A DNA stretch of 64,000 nt from IMG/VR virus record IMGVR_UViG_3300009550_000008. One strand, given 5' to 3'. Below, one piece after another: positions 1 through 9,486 of this stretch. The notes beneath the pieces are model-generated. The model did not search any database. It had not been told where the DNA came from and worked only from the letters and a program-made list of their open reading frames with translations. The DNA comes from a virus. Each line of letters begins with the position of its first letter. Within the stretch, counting starts at the first letter, position 1. Position numbers and translations under genes: made by a program.

Positions 1-508
1 ATCCTGATACCTTCTTAACTGCATCATTCAATAAAGTGAAAGGTGCAGTTGCAATTGTCCAGCCAGCTTTAATCTTATCGGTTGCATCTTTAACAACCTT
101 GTTTAGATCAAACTCAGTTAATTCGTTTAGTGCATCACCTATGTTTTTAAATGATTTACTAAACTGTATATCAGGAATATTTTGACCGATTTTCCCCCAT
201 AGTTTATCACCATCTTTTAATGCAGACATGGATAAACCGTTTGCAAAATCATTCCATGCAGTAAGACCTCCAGCCATCATCTTGTCTTGGAACTTACCTA
301 AACCTTTATCAAGCATCTTTCCTCTTACACGGATATTCTTATCCGTTGAGTCTAATGCACCATCTAGTTTCTTTGCAGATTCAGACATAGAACTACCAAA
401 CTCACCTGCGATTTTGGCTGTCTCTTGCTTGAAACCTTCAAATTCCTTTGCGGTCTCTCCTAAAGATTTTTTAAGTTTATCAACTACTGGTTGAAGGGTA
501 TCGGCCAT
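1..508 (-). CDS. Partial ORF running off the window; probable tape-measure / gp29-like protein N-terminus
   Basis: Own translation from ATG at 508: MADTLQPVVDKLKKSLGETAKEFEGFKQETAKIAGEFG..., open to base 1, helical K/A/E-rich; lies downstream of gp26/gp51. Product inferred from position and composition. Confidence 0.5.
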   Translation of the reverse strand, partial: MADTLQPVVDKLKKSLGETAKEFEGFKQETAKIAGEFGSSMSESAKKLDGALDSTDKNIRVRGKMLDKGLGKFQDKMMAGGLTAWNDFANGLSMSALKDGDKLWGKIGQNIPDIQFSKSFKNIGDALNELTEFDLNKVVKDATDKIKAGWTIATAPFTLLNDAVKKVSG

Positions 509-514
509 TTAATA

Positions 515-709
515 TTACTCAGTTAAAAGTTGGGCTTCTACTTTGTCGATCTCTTCTTGCCAAAGTTTTACAGCTTTGTCATAAGATTCCTTTGCAGACT
601 CGTATTGAAAATCTTCCAGTTCGTCCTTGTTAGGTTCTACTGGAGGATTGTCTTTGAGTGCAACGAGGTGATCTGCGTCAACATGATCTTCTCTAATTTC
701 TTCTGCCAT
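515..709 (-). CDS. Small acidic hypothetical protein (64 aa)
   Basis: ORF track; AGGAG SD upstream; tightly packed in the operon. Confidence 0.7.
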   Translation of the reverse strand: MAEEIREDHVDADHLVALKDNPPVEPNKDELEDFQYESAKESYDKAVKLWQEEIDKVEAQLLTE

Positions 710-718
710 TTGTTACTC

Positions 719-1096
719 CTATTTTTCGTTGTTTGTTGAATGTTCTTTTGCAGCGGAATTGACATATAGTCCAAACCAAGCTGCTCCAGCACCAACTAGA
801 ATTGATATCAATCCTGATTGTTCCATGGATGGTTCAGGTAAATCTAAGAACCACATTACTACCCAATAAATTAAGAATATGTAAACACTTAAAAATGCTC
901 TTGGCCATATTCTCCACGCATCCACTGCTCTCGCAAGGTGAATCCATTTTTGCCATGGGTTAACTGTATCATTCGCTTTAAGATCACGAATCTCATCCTT
1001 AAGAGCACCATTCTCTTGAATCATCTCCATGAACTTGGATAAGTCCATTTCGACTTCGTTTCGAGACATGTCTCCACTGAATCTTTCGTCTGCCAT
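719..1096 (-). CDS. Membrane protein, N-terminal coiled coil plus 2 TM helices (possible holin-like)
   Basis: Hydrophobic segments AFLSVYIFLIYWVVMWFL and GLISILVGAGAAWFGLYV; AGGAGA SD. Confidence 0.6.
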   Translation of the reverse strand: MADERFSGDMSRNEVEMDLSKFMEMIQENGALKDEIRDLKANDTVNPWQKWIHLARAVDAWRIWPRAFLSVYIFLIYWVVMWFLDLPEPSMEQSGLISILVGAGAAWFGLYVNSAAKEHSTNNEK

Positions 1097-1126
1097 TTTT
1101 TATTTCTCCTAATTTAGTCATTGGGA

Positions 1127-1273
1127 TTATCGTCTATTCTTGCTTTGATTAGCTCTTTGACGCTCCCGTTCTTTTTCTTCCTCTAAATGTTGAAGTAATA
1201 ATTTAATGTAGATTTCCCTTTCCCATGGCATCATATTATCTAATTCCGTTAAGGAATAATTATGATGTTGCAT
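1127..1273 (-). CDS. gp51: gp51-like baseplate hub assembly catalyst (short form; probably the -1 frameshift extension of gp26)
   Basis: Own translation MQHHNYSLTELDNMMPWEREIYIKLLLQHLEEEKERE...; recognisable gp51 motif; frame open upstream to the gp26 stop. Confidence 0.85.
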   Translation of the reverse strand: MQHHNYSLTELDNMMPWEREIYIKLLLQHLEEEKERERQRANQSKNRR

Positions 1274-1326
1274 TAACTGAAAGTTTGTTGTGAGATAGTT
1301 TAATAAACTATCATGAGAAAGGGCTA

Positions 1327-2028
1327 TTAAAAAAAACCCTGTATACCAGTAATCTTCTTACTGATTTCTTTCCCACATGTTCCACATTCAGTGTCTACAT
1401 CTTTTTCAAGTCGCGGTATTGAATTGAAAAATTCTGCAAGGTCTTCTAATTGTTGAACAGATAAGTTGTCTACAAACTCCTCTAGTTCTGCAGTAGGTGA
1501 ATCATTCACTGAATAAATCTCCGTACTATCAAAAATATTAACCATGCATAGTTTTAACATTTCAATAGAAGAGGTAGCTTCATCCATCCCTTGTAACTGT
1601 TCCACAATAGAAACAGTAGGATATTTTAACTCCACTCCAATTTCATCATTTATCATAATCTTGTTATTGGGGGTATCACCCACAACTTCAACATTATCTA
1701 AATCTATTGTACATTCCCCATGACCATCACAGTCAGGATTATGACATGTTAAATTGACTGTTGTTGTTTCACCTACAGATTTAACTCTTATCTTTAGGAA
1801 TAAGTATTCCATATCGATAGTAGATAACAACTTTGCTTTGATCTTATTAAAAGTACATGCTTCAATAAGGTCTTGCACAGCCCTAAACATTGCTTTTTCG
1901 TTCTCTTCTTGTTGAGCAAGCATTAAAACTTTTTGCTCTTTAACTAGAAAAGGACGAAACTCAACTTCTTTTCCGTCACTAGGAAGTACACATGTGTACT
2001 TCGGTGCCGATTGCTTTGGTAAAGCCAT
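1327..2028 (-). CDS. gp26: gp26-like baseplate hub assembly protein
   Basis: MALPK...FRPFLVKEQKVL, DMEYLFLKIRVKSVGE, two CxxC-type pairs, C-terminal GIQGFF. Confidence 0.9.
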   Translation of the reverse strand: MALPKQSAPKYTCVLPSDGKEVEFRPFLVKEQKVLMLAQQEENEKAMFRAVQDLIEACTFNKIKAKLLSTIDMEYLFLKIRVKSVGETTTVNLTCHNPDCDGHGECTIDLDNVEVVGDTPNNKIMINDEIGVELKYPTVSIVEQLQGMDEATSSIEMLKLCMVNIFDSTEIYSVNDSPTAELEEFVDNLSVQQLEDLAEFFNSIPRLEKDVDTECGTCGKEISKKITGIQGFF

Positions 2029-2051
2029 AATGTATCCTCAATTTGAGGTGA

Positions 2052-2888
2052 TTAACCACCACCTCTTCTTTCATTGGTTATATATTTCGAATTGACTCCT
2101 AGGTCTCTCGAAATATTAGAACCTCTAGTGATTGCAGTATCAAAACTTCCAAGTTTTCTACCTAGGTCACCAGCCTTTTTATTAAATCTTCCCGCTACCT
2201 TGAGTCCTTCAAGGATTGCATCAAAAACTCTTCTACCTTTATTTAGACCACTCAATTCGAAGTTTCCTTGTTGAGGTTGGTTAAATGTTCCAACATCACC
2301 CATAGGTTGATACTCCGAAGACCAATGTCTATAATTTAAAGTAAATCCAAATTCTAAAATCTGATCTGAACTCTCCATACTCAACTCTTGAGCATCTAAA
2401 GAAGATGGGTAACATTCATGCAATGTGTATATCATTGCAGATGTACCGTCTTTTCTTAATACATGTATACGAACTGAACACGGTTGTGCATAGTCACTAT
2501 AAAAACTGAATACTTGTCCCTCGATTGCACCACCTTCATTTTGTAGTGCAGTCCTTGTTGATACATCTGCCGAGTGAACCATTCTCAACCATTCTTCTAT
2601 AATCATTCTATCCATGAAGTTTGCATCACAGATAAAACTAAAATCTACAGACTCACCATAATCGACAGTCCCGTCAGGCATATATCTATGACGATAATGT
2701 TGAGCTGTTCCTACTGACTTGCCTGGCAATGTTGCAGAGGTGCATAAGATACTGAGGTTCTCTCTTACATTAACTGCTGAAAAAGCAGGTGGTAATGTTA
2801 AGAACTCTACAACAAACCTATTTGGTTGTAGGGGTTGACCGATTTGAGACTTGAGTAAGTCTATTCCTTCTTTATGTGATTCTGCCAT
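2052..2888 (-). CDS. Tail-tube-fold protein (gp54/gp19-like tube initiator)
   Basis: PNRFVV, LCTSATLPGK, YTLHECYP, FTLNYRHW match the gp19/gp54 pattern. Confidence 0.7.
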   Translation of the reverse strand: MAESHKEGIDLLKSQIGQPLQPNRFVVEFLTLPPAFSAVNVRENLSILCTSATLPGKSVGTAQHYRHRYMPDGTVDYGESVDFSFICDANFMDRMIIEEWLRMVHSADVSTRTALQNEGGAIEGQVFSFYSDYAQPCSVRIHVLRKDGTSAMIYTLHECYPSSLDAQELSMESSDQILEFGFTLNYRHWSSEYQPMGDVGTFNQPQQGNFELSGLNKGRRVFDAILEGLKVAGRFNKKAGDLGRKLGSFDTAITRGSNISRDLGVNSKYITNERRGGG

Positions 2889-3472
2889 TAAACTATCTTC
2901 CTAATACTATCTCTATAAATTGAATTTGCATTATATGTTGTTCCCTTAGTTACAAATCTTTGACTTGGTAACATAACAACCAAGTCCATATGTTCAGGTT
3001 GTACTTCTACAATCCTACTGTTTAGATAACCATATTGATATTGTTTTATACATGGTTTTGCCCATCTAAGTCTACTAACACTTTTTACAGCTGGGTATCT
3101 AATGTTAAATGCATAGTCACCTTCATAGTCAGTAAAGAAATCATACATCCCATCCATGAGAAGAGCTCTATATCTAGGTGCAATGTAATGTAAATTTAAA
3201 CCTAAGAACCCAGTTGGATATCTTCTGACGCAGATTGTAAGAGGGAATGTATCATAATACTTTAATTTGTCATGTCCCTTTGCATGGTACATGAACATAT
3301 ACATCTTCCCTAATTCAAATCTTTGAACAAAATTTTGACCTTCTTTCAGGAACTTTTCAGGAGACCTTCTTATATCTCTCACATTTCCCTGAAACCATTG
3401 TAGTGAATCATAGGTTAGATTCTCTATCTGTTCGGGTCGTTGTTCTACTATATCTGAAAATAGACTTGCCAT
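2888..3472 (-). CDS. gp2: DNA end protector protein gp2
   Basis: GKMYMFMYHAK..KLKYYDTFPL, GFLGLNLHY, PCIKQY. Confidence 0.9.
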   Translation of the reverse strand: MASLFSDIVEQRPEQIENLTYDSLQWFQGNVRDIRRSPEKFLKEGQNFVQRFELGKMYMFMYHAKGHDKLKYYDTFPLTICVRRYPTGFLGLNLHYIAPRYRALLMDGMYDFFTDYEGDYAFNIRYPAVKSVSRLRWAKPCIKQYQYGYLNSRIVEVQPEHMDLVVMLPSQRFVTKGTTYNANSIYRDSIRKIV

Positions 3473-3478
3473 TGTCTA

Positions 3479-4426
3479 TTATTTATGATAATTGTTGTAT
3501 AAAACGAAGTTTTCTTTTTCTAATTTCTCACCTTCTTGAGGCATCGCCATAATATGTTTTAAATCTTCTACCCTGAGATGACCTTCAATACCTACACCAC
3601 CACCATATGATCTCATTTCAAACAAAGGTTTTAGGATTTCATCACATGTTCCATCTAAGGAAATCCTCACTCCTCTACAAGCATCTACCGAGTCAGTTAC
3701 TACTTTATAGAGATCATTTCGTTCTTCACCTACATGCATTTCTAGTTTGTCTTTGAATTTAACTGCAAATAAAGACTTATCATTATGATGACTATACAAT
3801 TGAAACCATTCATCGAAATCTATTTGAGGTTGTGGTAATCTATCTGCAGAATCCCACACTACAAACTCCTCGTTGCAATCAGTGTATTCTATAGCATGAA
3901 CACGGAACTGGCCTGGATGTGCAAACCATTTACCTCTTTCTTTTAACGATGCTTGAGGAACAGAATACAACCCCTCGTTTTTTATAATACGAACTAACCA
4001 CTGAATCTTACATGCATGAAAGAACATATTGTTCTGAGTGTCCATCATCCATTCACTCCATTTTTTATGATCTGTTTTTTTCCATGCAAGATCATCTTTG
4101 AATTGCATCATGGATTGATTTGAGTTGGGTGCTTTATGTAACCATGCAGCTCCGTATGCAGTTAGAGTATCTACGGGTTGATCTTTAAAGATTACTTCAT
4201 AAGTACCTTCTGATTTAGTAATACCAGCTTCCTTTGCTTCATTAAAAGAAACGATCTTAGGTTTACTAACCTTACTAATCTCATTGAAGTCTTTCTCCAA
4301 TCGATCTACATTAATTCTTTCATGGATACCGTCTGTTTGGGTTCCATTTATCTGATAGTGTTCTTCCATATTTCTACTCCAATAATTTTTCACTAATGGT
4401 ATTTCGGTTGAATTAATGATAGCCAC
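3479..4426 (-). CDS. Hypothetical protein with ParB/Srx-like motif; paralog of the N-terminal domain of 36624-38189
   Basis: FFHACKIQWLVRIIKNEGL...HPGQFR aligns by eye with YYHAAKAHWLVNNIQKEGL...HPGSIR. Confidence 0.6.
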   Translation of the reverse strand: MAIINSTEIPLVKNYWSRNMEEHYQINGTQTDGIHERINVDRLEKDFNEISKVSKPKIVSFNEAKEAGITKSEGTYEVIFKDQPVDTLTAYGAAWLHKAPNSNQSMMQFKDDLAWKKTDHKKWSEWMMDTQNNMFFHACKIQWLVRIIKNEGLYSVPQASLKERGKWFAHPGQFRVHAIEYTDCNEEFVVWDSADRLPQPQIDFDEWFQLYSHHNDKSLFAVKFKDKLEMHVGEERNDLYKVVTDSVDACRGVRISLDGTCDEILKPLFEMRSYGGGVGIEGHLRVEDLKHIMAMPQEGEKLEKENFVLYNNYHK

Positions 4427-5138
4427 CTAGCTTTAATTCTACCAATTTAACATCTGCTGGCACATCTACTGATACCCCGTCATCGTCTACCTCAACCATT
4501 TTTAACTTGTAACCATTCTCAACATACCTAAACATTTCCACATTTTCTCTTTCTTCAAACTCACCTCTTGGCATTGTAGGAAAGATTGATAACATGTCTC
4601 TAGTAAAAGCATATAATCCCAGTTGTTGATATTCAGAGATAGGTAATCTAGAGAAGTGTGTTGCATGTTGGTGTTTATCAAATGCAACCTTTACAACATT
4701 CTTATCGATACTCTTATAATCTTGATCTATCTTAACATATGCATTTACAATTGCAGACATAGGAAAGTTTGAAACTAATTTATCTATAGCATCAGGATTT
4801 ATTAGAGGTTCATCCCCTTGAATGTTGACAAAGATTTTCCCATCTAGTAATTCTAAAGCTTTTGCACAACGGTCTGTACCAGTTGCACAATCTTCTTCAA
4901 TGATAATGCACCTAATTTCTTGTTTAGAACAATAAGATGATATCCTTTCATCATCTGTAAGGACTACAACGGTATCTAAAGATTCTGCCATGCAAGCTCT
5001 ATCGTATACCCGTTTAATCATAGGTATACCTGATATGTCGACAAGAGGTTTACCTTCAAACCTCGTTGAATTCCATCTTGCTGGTATCAAACCAACAGTT
5101 AGATCAGATTCGTTATCGACTTTAGAGAGTGCTCGCAT
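4413..5138 (-). CDS. kdsB: 3-deoxy-manno-octulosonate cytidylyltransferase (CMP-Kdo synthetase)
   Basis: IPARWNSTRFEGKPL, TGTDR, VNIQGDEPLI, VVKV, FSR, E.RENVEMFR, SVDVPAD. Start probably ATG 5138 (track gives 5159). Confidence 0.9.
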   Translation of the reverse strand: MRALSKVDNESDLTVGLIPARWNSTRFEGKPLVDISGIPMIKRVYDRACMAESLDTVVVLTDDERISSYCSKQEIRCIIIEEDCATGTDRCAKALELLDGKIFVNIQGDEPLINPDAIDKLVSNFPMSAIVNAYVKIDQDYKSIDKNVVKVAFDKHQHATHFSRLPISEYQQLGLYAFTRDMLSIFPTMPRGEFEERENVEMFRYVENGYKLKMVEVDDDGVSVDVPADVKLVELKLGGYH

Positions 5139-5689
5139 TCTATATCTCCATATCCCCAAGTTGCATGTTCAAAATGTACTCCAGCTCTTTCTGCAGCTTC
5201 TTTATCGTACACCATATCACCAATATAGACTGTATCGATTGGGTCGACATTGCAGAATGCCATTACAAATAACAATTGATCGGGGTTGGGTTTACCTCTT
5301 AGTCCTTGTTTCGGACAAGAGATGTAATCAAATTCAGGTAGTTTATATTCTAGTAGTGCAACTGTCTCTCTAGACTTAGATGTACAGAGTGCAATCTTAT
5401 GTCCTTGACTTTTTAGTTCAGTTAAGGTATCATAGACATCGTCATACAACTCAATTTTGTCTAAACATCTTCTTGAATGGGTTTTATAGGTATCAAATAT
5501 CTCTAAATGCCTATCATGTAATCCTAATTCCCTCATCATATCAGGAAATGGTTTCCCTATTAGGGCTTTATACTTTTCGAAGGGAACATCGATCTCATGT
5601 TTCACCCTAACGGATGCCCATGCATGTTCCATGTTGGATAAAGAGTCGATAAGAACTCCGTCCAAGTCAAATACAAATAATTTACTCAT
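5099..5689 (-). CDS. HAD-superfamily phosphatase (Gph-like)
   Basis: FDLDGVLIDS, CTSK, KPNPD, YIGDMVYD...ATWGY. Confidence 0.9.
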   Translation of the reverse strand: MSKLFVFDLDGVLIDSLSNMEHAWASVRVKHEIDVPFEKYKALIGKPFPDMMRELGLHDRHLEIFDTYKTHSRRCLDKIELYDDVYDTLTELKSQGHKIALCTSKSRETVALLEYKLPEFDYISCPKQGLRGKPNPDQLLFVMAFCNVDPIDTVYIGDMVYDKEAAERAGVHFEHATWGYGDIECEHSLKSITNLI

Positions 5690-6135
5690 TTTTTACTCTT
5701 TTTGGGGACTAAATGGTCTTCTGTTAGTATCCTGAAACCCATTTTTCTGTCGTCACAGTATTCACCAGCAGCTTTAAACTTTGCTTGGTTAATTATATAG
5801 GTTAGAACCTTTTGTTTGTATTTCTTAGTGACTCGTTTAGGCTCTTTTGGTGGGAAACATTGAGATTTTGGTTTAACCTCGATGATTTCTCTCTTTAATT
5901 CACCTAAAGTATTACGATATTTGATATAGAAGTCAGGAAAGTAACGATGTACCTTCTTATCTACGGGTGAACGGTAAGGAATGATGATTTCTTCACTACC
6001 CCATTCCAAAATATTCGGGTTGTTGTCGCAGTATACCATGAATCTCCTCTCCCAAAGAGAGCGATAATATATCTTTGTAGGGTCACCCTTGTATTTTTTG
6101 TAATTCTTCGGTTTAAACTTACCACTGTATGACAT
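5686..6135 (-). CDS. gp4: Head completion protein gp4 (TnsA-like nuclease fold)
   Basis: YSGKFKPKN..KYKGDP, YRSLWE, WGSEE, HRYFPDF, IEVKP. Confidence 0.92.
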   Translation of the reverse strand: MSYSGKFKPKNYKKYKGDPTKIYYRSLWERRFMVYCDNNPNILEWGSEEIIIPYRSPVDKKVHRYFPDFYIKYRNTLGELKREIIEVKPKSQCFPPKEPKRVTKKYKQKVLTYIINQAKFKAAGEYCDDRKMGFRILTEDHLVPKKSKK

Positions 6136-6140
6136 AAATA
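6133..6140 (+). promoter_or_regulatory. T4-type late promoter (CATAAATA) for the gp48 operon
   Basis: One mismatch to TATAAATA; 33 nt before the gp48 ATG. Confidence 0.6.
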
Positions 6141-6166
6141 GATTATAAAGACCTTATTGTTAGGAA

Positions 6167-6174
6167 TATTTATA
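6167..6174 (-). promoter_or_regulatory. T4-type late promoter (TATAAATA) for the gp4-HAD-kdsB operon
   Basis: TATTTATA on + is a perfect consensus on -. Confidence 0.7.
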
Positions 6175-7283
6175 TGCCAAGTATCAACAAATTATTAGAC
6201 AAAGTCAACCAAGCTTCCCAAGCTATCAAATCCGTAAAGGGTATCAAATCCAAAATACAAAGTATTGGATATAAAGGTGGTGTTAACACGGAAGAGGTTG
6301 ATAAACTTCAAGAACAAGCAGAAGAGAGTAGACGAAAATTAGAGAAGAGAAGAGCATCTCTACAAGACAACTTATCAGCTGCAAACAAAACTAAACTTGC
6401 AAAAGGAAGACCATCAGAGGGAGTAAACGATCTACAGTATCCACTGGACGGTGATTTCGATAACTTCATAGTGTTTGAGACTCGTAATAGAAAAGCAAGA
6501 ACGGGTGGAAACATGTTGGCAAAGAATTCATATTCGATTGCATTACCTTTACCCGAAGATATATCCCAATCTACTCAAGTAGAATATGTAGAAGAGAATT
6601 TTGGACAAGCTGCAAGAGGGGCAAACAATGTAATCAGTGAAGGTGCTGGAATGGATGGACTTATATCCGAAGTTAAGAGTTTTGCACAATCTGCCTTTCA
6701 GTCAGGTGCAAATGCAATGACGGCTGGAATACAAAACCTCAAATCAGGTATGGCTGCAAACCCTATGCAAGAACAAACATTAAAAGGATTAACATTCAGA
6801 GAACATTCTTTTGATTTTACATTCATGCCTAAGAGTGAAGCAGAGGCAGAAGAGGTAACACAAATTATTAATATCTTTAGACTTGCAATGTTACCTGATA
6901 CATTTGCGTTAGACGCTGATTCACCTAATGAAAACTTCTTAAACTATCCAAATGTTTTTGATGTTTTTCTTGAAGGCCCTATTGTAAAGAATGTAGAAGC
7001 TTTCCTTCCTATGGTATGTACTCAAATGGATGTTGAGACATTCGGTGGTAACTCAGAATACTTACTTGGTGCATCGGATGACGAACAATACGCAGGTTCA
7101 ACCACATTAAAGCTATCATTCAAAGAAATCAAAATATTATCTCAAGAGGTTTACAATGCTAAAGTTTCTTCTGAGAAATGGAGAGGTGGAGAAGGTGTTG
7201 ACAATCCAAGTGGTTCTCCAAGCATACTAGATAATAAATCAAATTCAGGTTTTGATGACCCTGTATTTGGAGGTGATGGATAA
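6174..7283 (+). CDS. gp48: Baseplate tail-tube cap gp48
   Basis: LQYPLD, IALPLP, NP..EQTLKGLTFREHSFDFTFMPKS..EA, YPNVF, LSFKEI. Confidence 0.85.
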   Translation: MPSINKLLDKVNQASQAIKSVKGIKSKIQSIGYKGGVNTEEVDKLQEQAEESRRKLEKRRASLQDNLSAANKTKLAKGRPSEGVNDLQYPLDGDFDNFIVFETRNRKARTGGNMLAKNSYSIALPLPEDISQSTQVEYVEENFGQAARGANNVISEGAGMDGLISEVKSFAQSAFQSGANAMTAGIQNLKSGMAANPMQEQTLKGLTFREHSFDFTFMPKSEAEAEEVTQIINIFRLAMLPDTFALDADSPNENFLNYPNVFDVFLEGPIVKNVEAFLPMVCTQMDVETFGGNSEYLLGASDDEQYAGSTTLKLSFKEIKILSQEVYNAKVSSEKWRGGEGVDNPSGSPSILDNKSNSGFDDPVFGGDG

Positions 7284-8014
7284 TGGCTACAGAATATTTT
7301 AAAAACTTTCCCGAGATGCAATACAAGTTGGATAGTGGTAAGATTATCACTATCAAAGATTTCTTTCGTAAGGCAACAGTTGATTCTTCTGCAAGAGATG
7401 CCATTATAGATTATACTTATCATGAATTAGAAGAAGGTGATCGTCCTGATGTACTTGCAACTAAACTATATGGTAATGGTGATCTACACTGGACTTTCTT
7501 TTTGGTAAATGATCTAAGTAACTATTATGATTGGTGGAAAGATCAACAGTCTTTTCAGTCATACATAGATCATAAGTTAAGAGGACACTATCTAGTTGCA
7601 GATAACTCTACTGATATCGTAAATGCAAATAGGAAGTTTCACATTGGGGAAACTGTAACTGCAACTAACTCATCAGCTACTGTAATCGAGGTAGACCCAA
7701 CTCATAATAGATTAGGAATAGACATCCAGTCAGGATTTGCAACTGCATTAACAACAACAGGAACTTTTGTATACACACCAGCGAGTCCTACATTCCATTC
7801 ATTTACGCCGTCATCAATTATAGAGAGAAGAGATGGTGTTGCATATTATTATAAGGGTGATCTAAGAAGTAATAACTTTATAAGTGGATATCTTTCCAAG
7901 ACTCTTTGGGAAGATGAGTATGAAAAGAACGAAGAGAAAAGAAGAATTAAAATTATCAAACCGAATCTTATCAATAAAGTGGTACAGCAGTTTGAGAAAG
8001 TAATGAAGTCATGA
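7283..8014 (+). CDS. gp53: Baseplate wedge protein gp53
   Basis: YFKNFP, GDRPDVLATKLYG...HW, EYEKNEEKRRIKIIKP. Confidence 0.9.
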   Translation: MATEYFKNFPEMQYKLDSGKIITIKDFFRKATVDSSARDAIIDYTYHELEEGDRPDVLATKLYGNGDLHWTFFLVNDLSNYYDWWKDQQSFQSYIDHKLRGHYLVADNSTDIVNANRKFHIGETVTATNSSATVIEVDPTHNRLGIDIQSGFATALTTTGTFVYTPASPTFHSFTPSSIIERRDGVAYYYKGDLRSNNFISGYLSKTLWEDEYEKNEEKRRIKIIKPNLINKVVQQFEKVMKS

Positions 8015-9486
8015 GTGCAAACTATGTAGCAGGTGAATTCAAAATTGAATCATTCACCCTAATCAACCAGTATCAGGAATCTTTAGATATACAATCTTTA
8101 GTATCTAATTTTAAAATCTATGAATCTATATTCAGTAAATTCTTGACTGGTGAAATATCTTTGGTAGATGGATTGAACTTACCTAAAAACTTTAGGATGA
8201 CTGGACAGGAATATCTCCGTATATCTATCAGACAGAAAGAAGGTATTGACGAAGAAGCTGATAAGGAATTCTCGATAGACAAAACATTTAGAATCTATGC
8301 AATAGAAAATATCAATAGAATAGATGAGTTGACTCAATCATATGTTCTTAAGGTATGTGACCCACGAATGTTTTATGCAAGAAGAAAAAGACTCAGTCAA
8401 ACACTTCGAGGCAGATACGATCAAATATTACAGAATGCGTTGGTAGATGTAGGTAAGTTTAGAGTGAACGAGTTTGATGCATGGGAAAAGACTTCTCCTG
8501 ATAATAAACAATTTATATGTCCTAACTGGACAATAGAAAAATTGATGGATTACTTAATCAGTAATTCACAAGCTGGAGAGAGTCATGCATTTAAAAATGA
8601 TTTCTTTTTCTACCAAACAATGAATGGTGGATTCAGATTTCAGAGTGTAGATAAAATGATGGGTACAGAGTTTCCAATTGCATTTACAATGTCACCTAGA
8701 AATACAACCCTAGATACAGATAAGGAAGACATCAATGCAGAGTCAGGGTTAAACACTGCTCTTATTCTATACAAGAAACCTCAAATGTTTAACACACTTC
8801 AAGCAACATCAGGTGGTGCATATGCATCTACTCTCAAAGTGTATGACCCAATTAAGAAAGTAGAAGAAGAAAACATTTACTCTCTTCAAGATTCTATAAA
8901 GAAAGGACAACATGTTTCAGGACATCCTATGATAATGGTAGATGAGATGGAAAAGGTCTTAACAGCTGGAGAGATCATTGATAGAACCGTATCACCGACA
9001 GTTGATGAGATAGATGTTGACATTAATCCAACCGAAGAGTATGGGTCAATGATTGCAAGAGGATATACAACATCACATTCTTTTGATAATGCAGAGACAT
9101 TAGATGCACAGGAAGTATTTGAACCTAAGAAATTAAATGATAGTGGAAGCTTACAAAGAATTGCATTAAGAGAGATCATGAGACAAAACAGAATCACTGC
9201 ACAGATTCCTTTAAGGACAGACTTGTCTGTAGGTATGATAATTAAGTTTGGTATTCCTACACCTGAGGCAATGGGTGAGGGTACAAAATACGATAAGGCA
9301 AATGATGACAGATATCTTATAACAGATTTATCATTGTCAGCAAGTCCAGCTAGTAAACAAGGTATACTTACATTAGAATGTGTAAAAGAAAGTTATGCAG
9401 AGAAGATAGAAACATTAACACCAATAGAAGAGGCACCTCCAGCAGTACAAGAACCTAAAGGAAGCTTTCACAATAGTAGAGGATGA
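8011..9486 (+). CDS. Baseplate hub protein (gp27-like)
   Basis: Between gp53 and gp5; IYESIFS..LTG.I.L.D, PNW, FFFYQT..GFRFQS. Confidence 0.6.
   Translation: MSANYVAGEFKIESFTLINQYQESLDIQSLVSNFKIYESIFSKFLTGEISLVDGLNLPKNFRMTGQEYLRISIRQKEGIDEEADKEFSIDKTFRIYAIENINRIDELTQSYVLKVCDPRMFYARRKRLSQTLRGRYDQILQNALVDVGKFRVNEFDAWEKTSPDNKQFICPNWTIEKLMDYLISNSQAGESHAFKNDFFFYQTMNGGFRFQSVDKMMGTEFPIAFTMSPRNTTLDTDKEDINAESGLNTALILYKKPQMFNTLQATSGGAYASTLKVYDPIKKVEEENIYSLQDSIKKGQHVSGHPMIMVDEMEKVLTAGEIIDRTVSPTVDEIDVDINPTEEYGSMIARGYTTSHSFDNAETLDAQEVFEPKKLNDSGSLQRIALREIMRQNRITAQIPLRTDLSVGMIIKFGIPTPEAMGEGTKYDKANDDRYLITDLSLSASPASKQGILTLECVKESYAEKIETLTPIEEAPPAVQEPKGSFHNSRG

Noticed and set aside
228-494. Plus-strand 88-aa ORF and similar short overlapping ORFs in the track
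   Set aside because: They lie antisense or out of frame within longer, recognisable genes.
5686-6135. TnsA-like transposase or mobile element
   Set aside because: This is the conserved head completion protein gp4; no transposon ends or partner genes.
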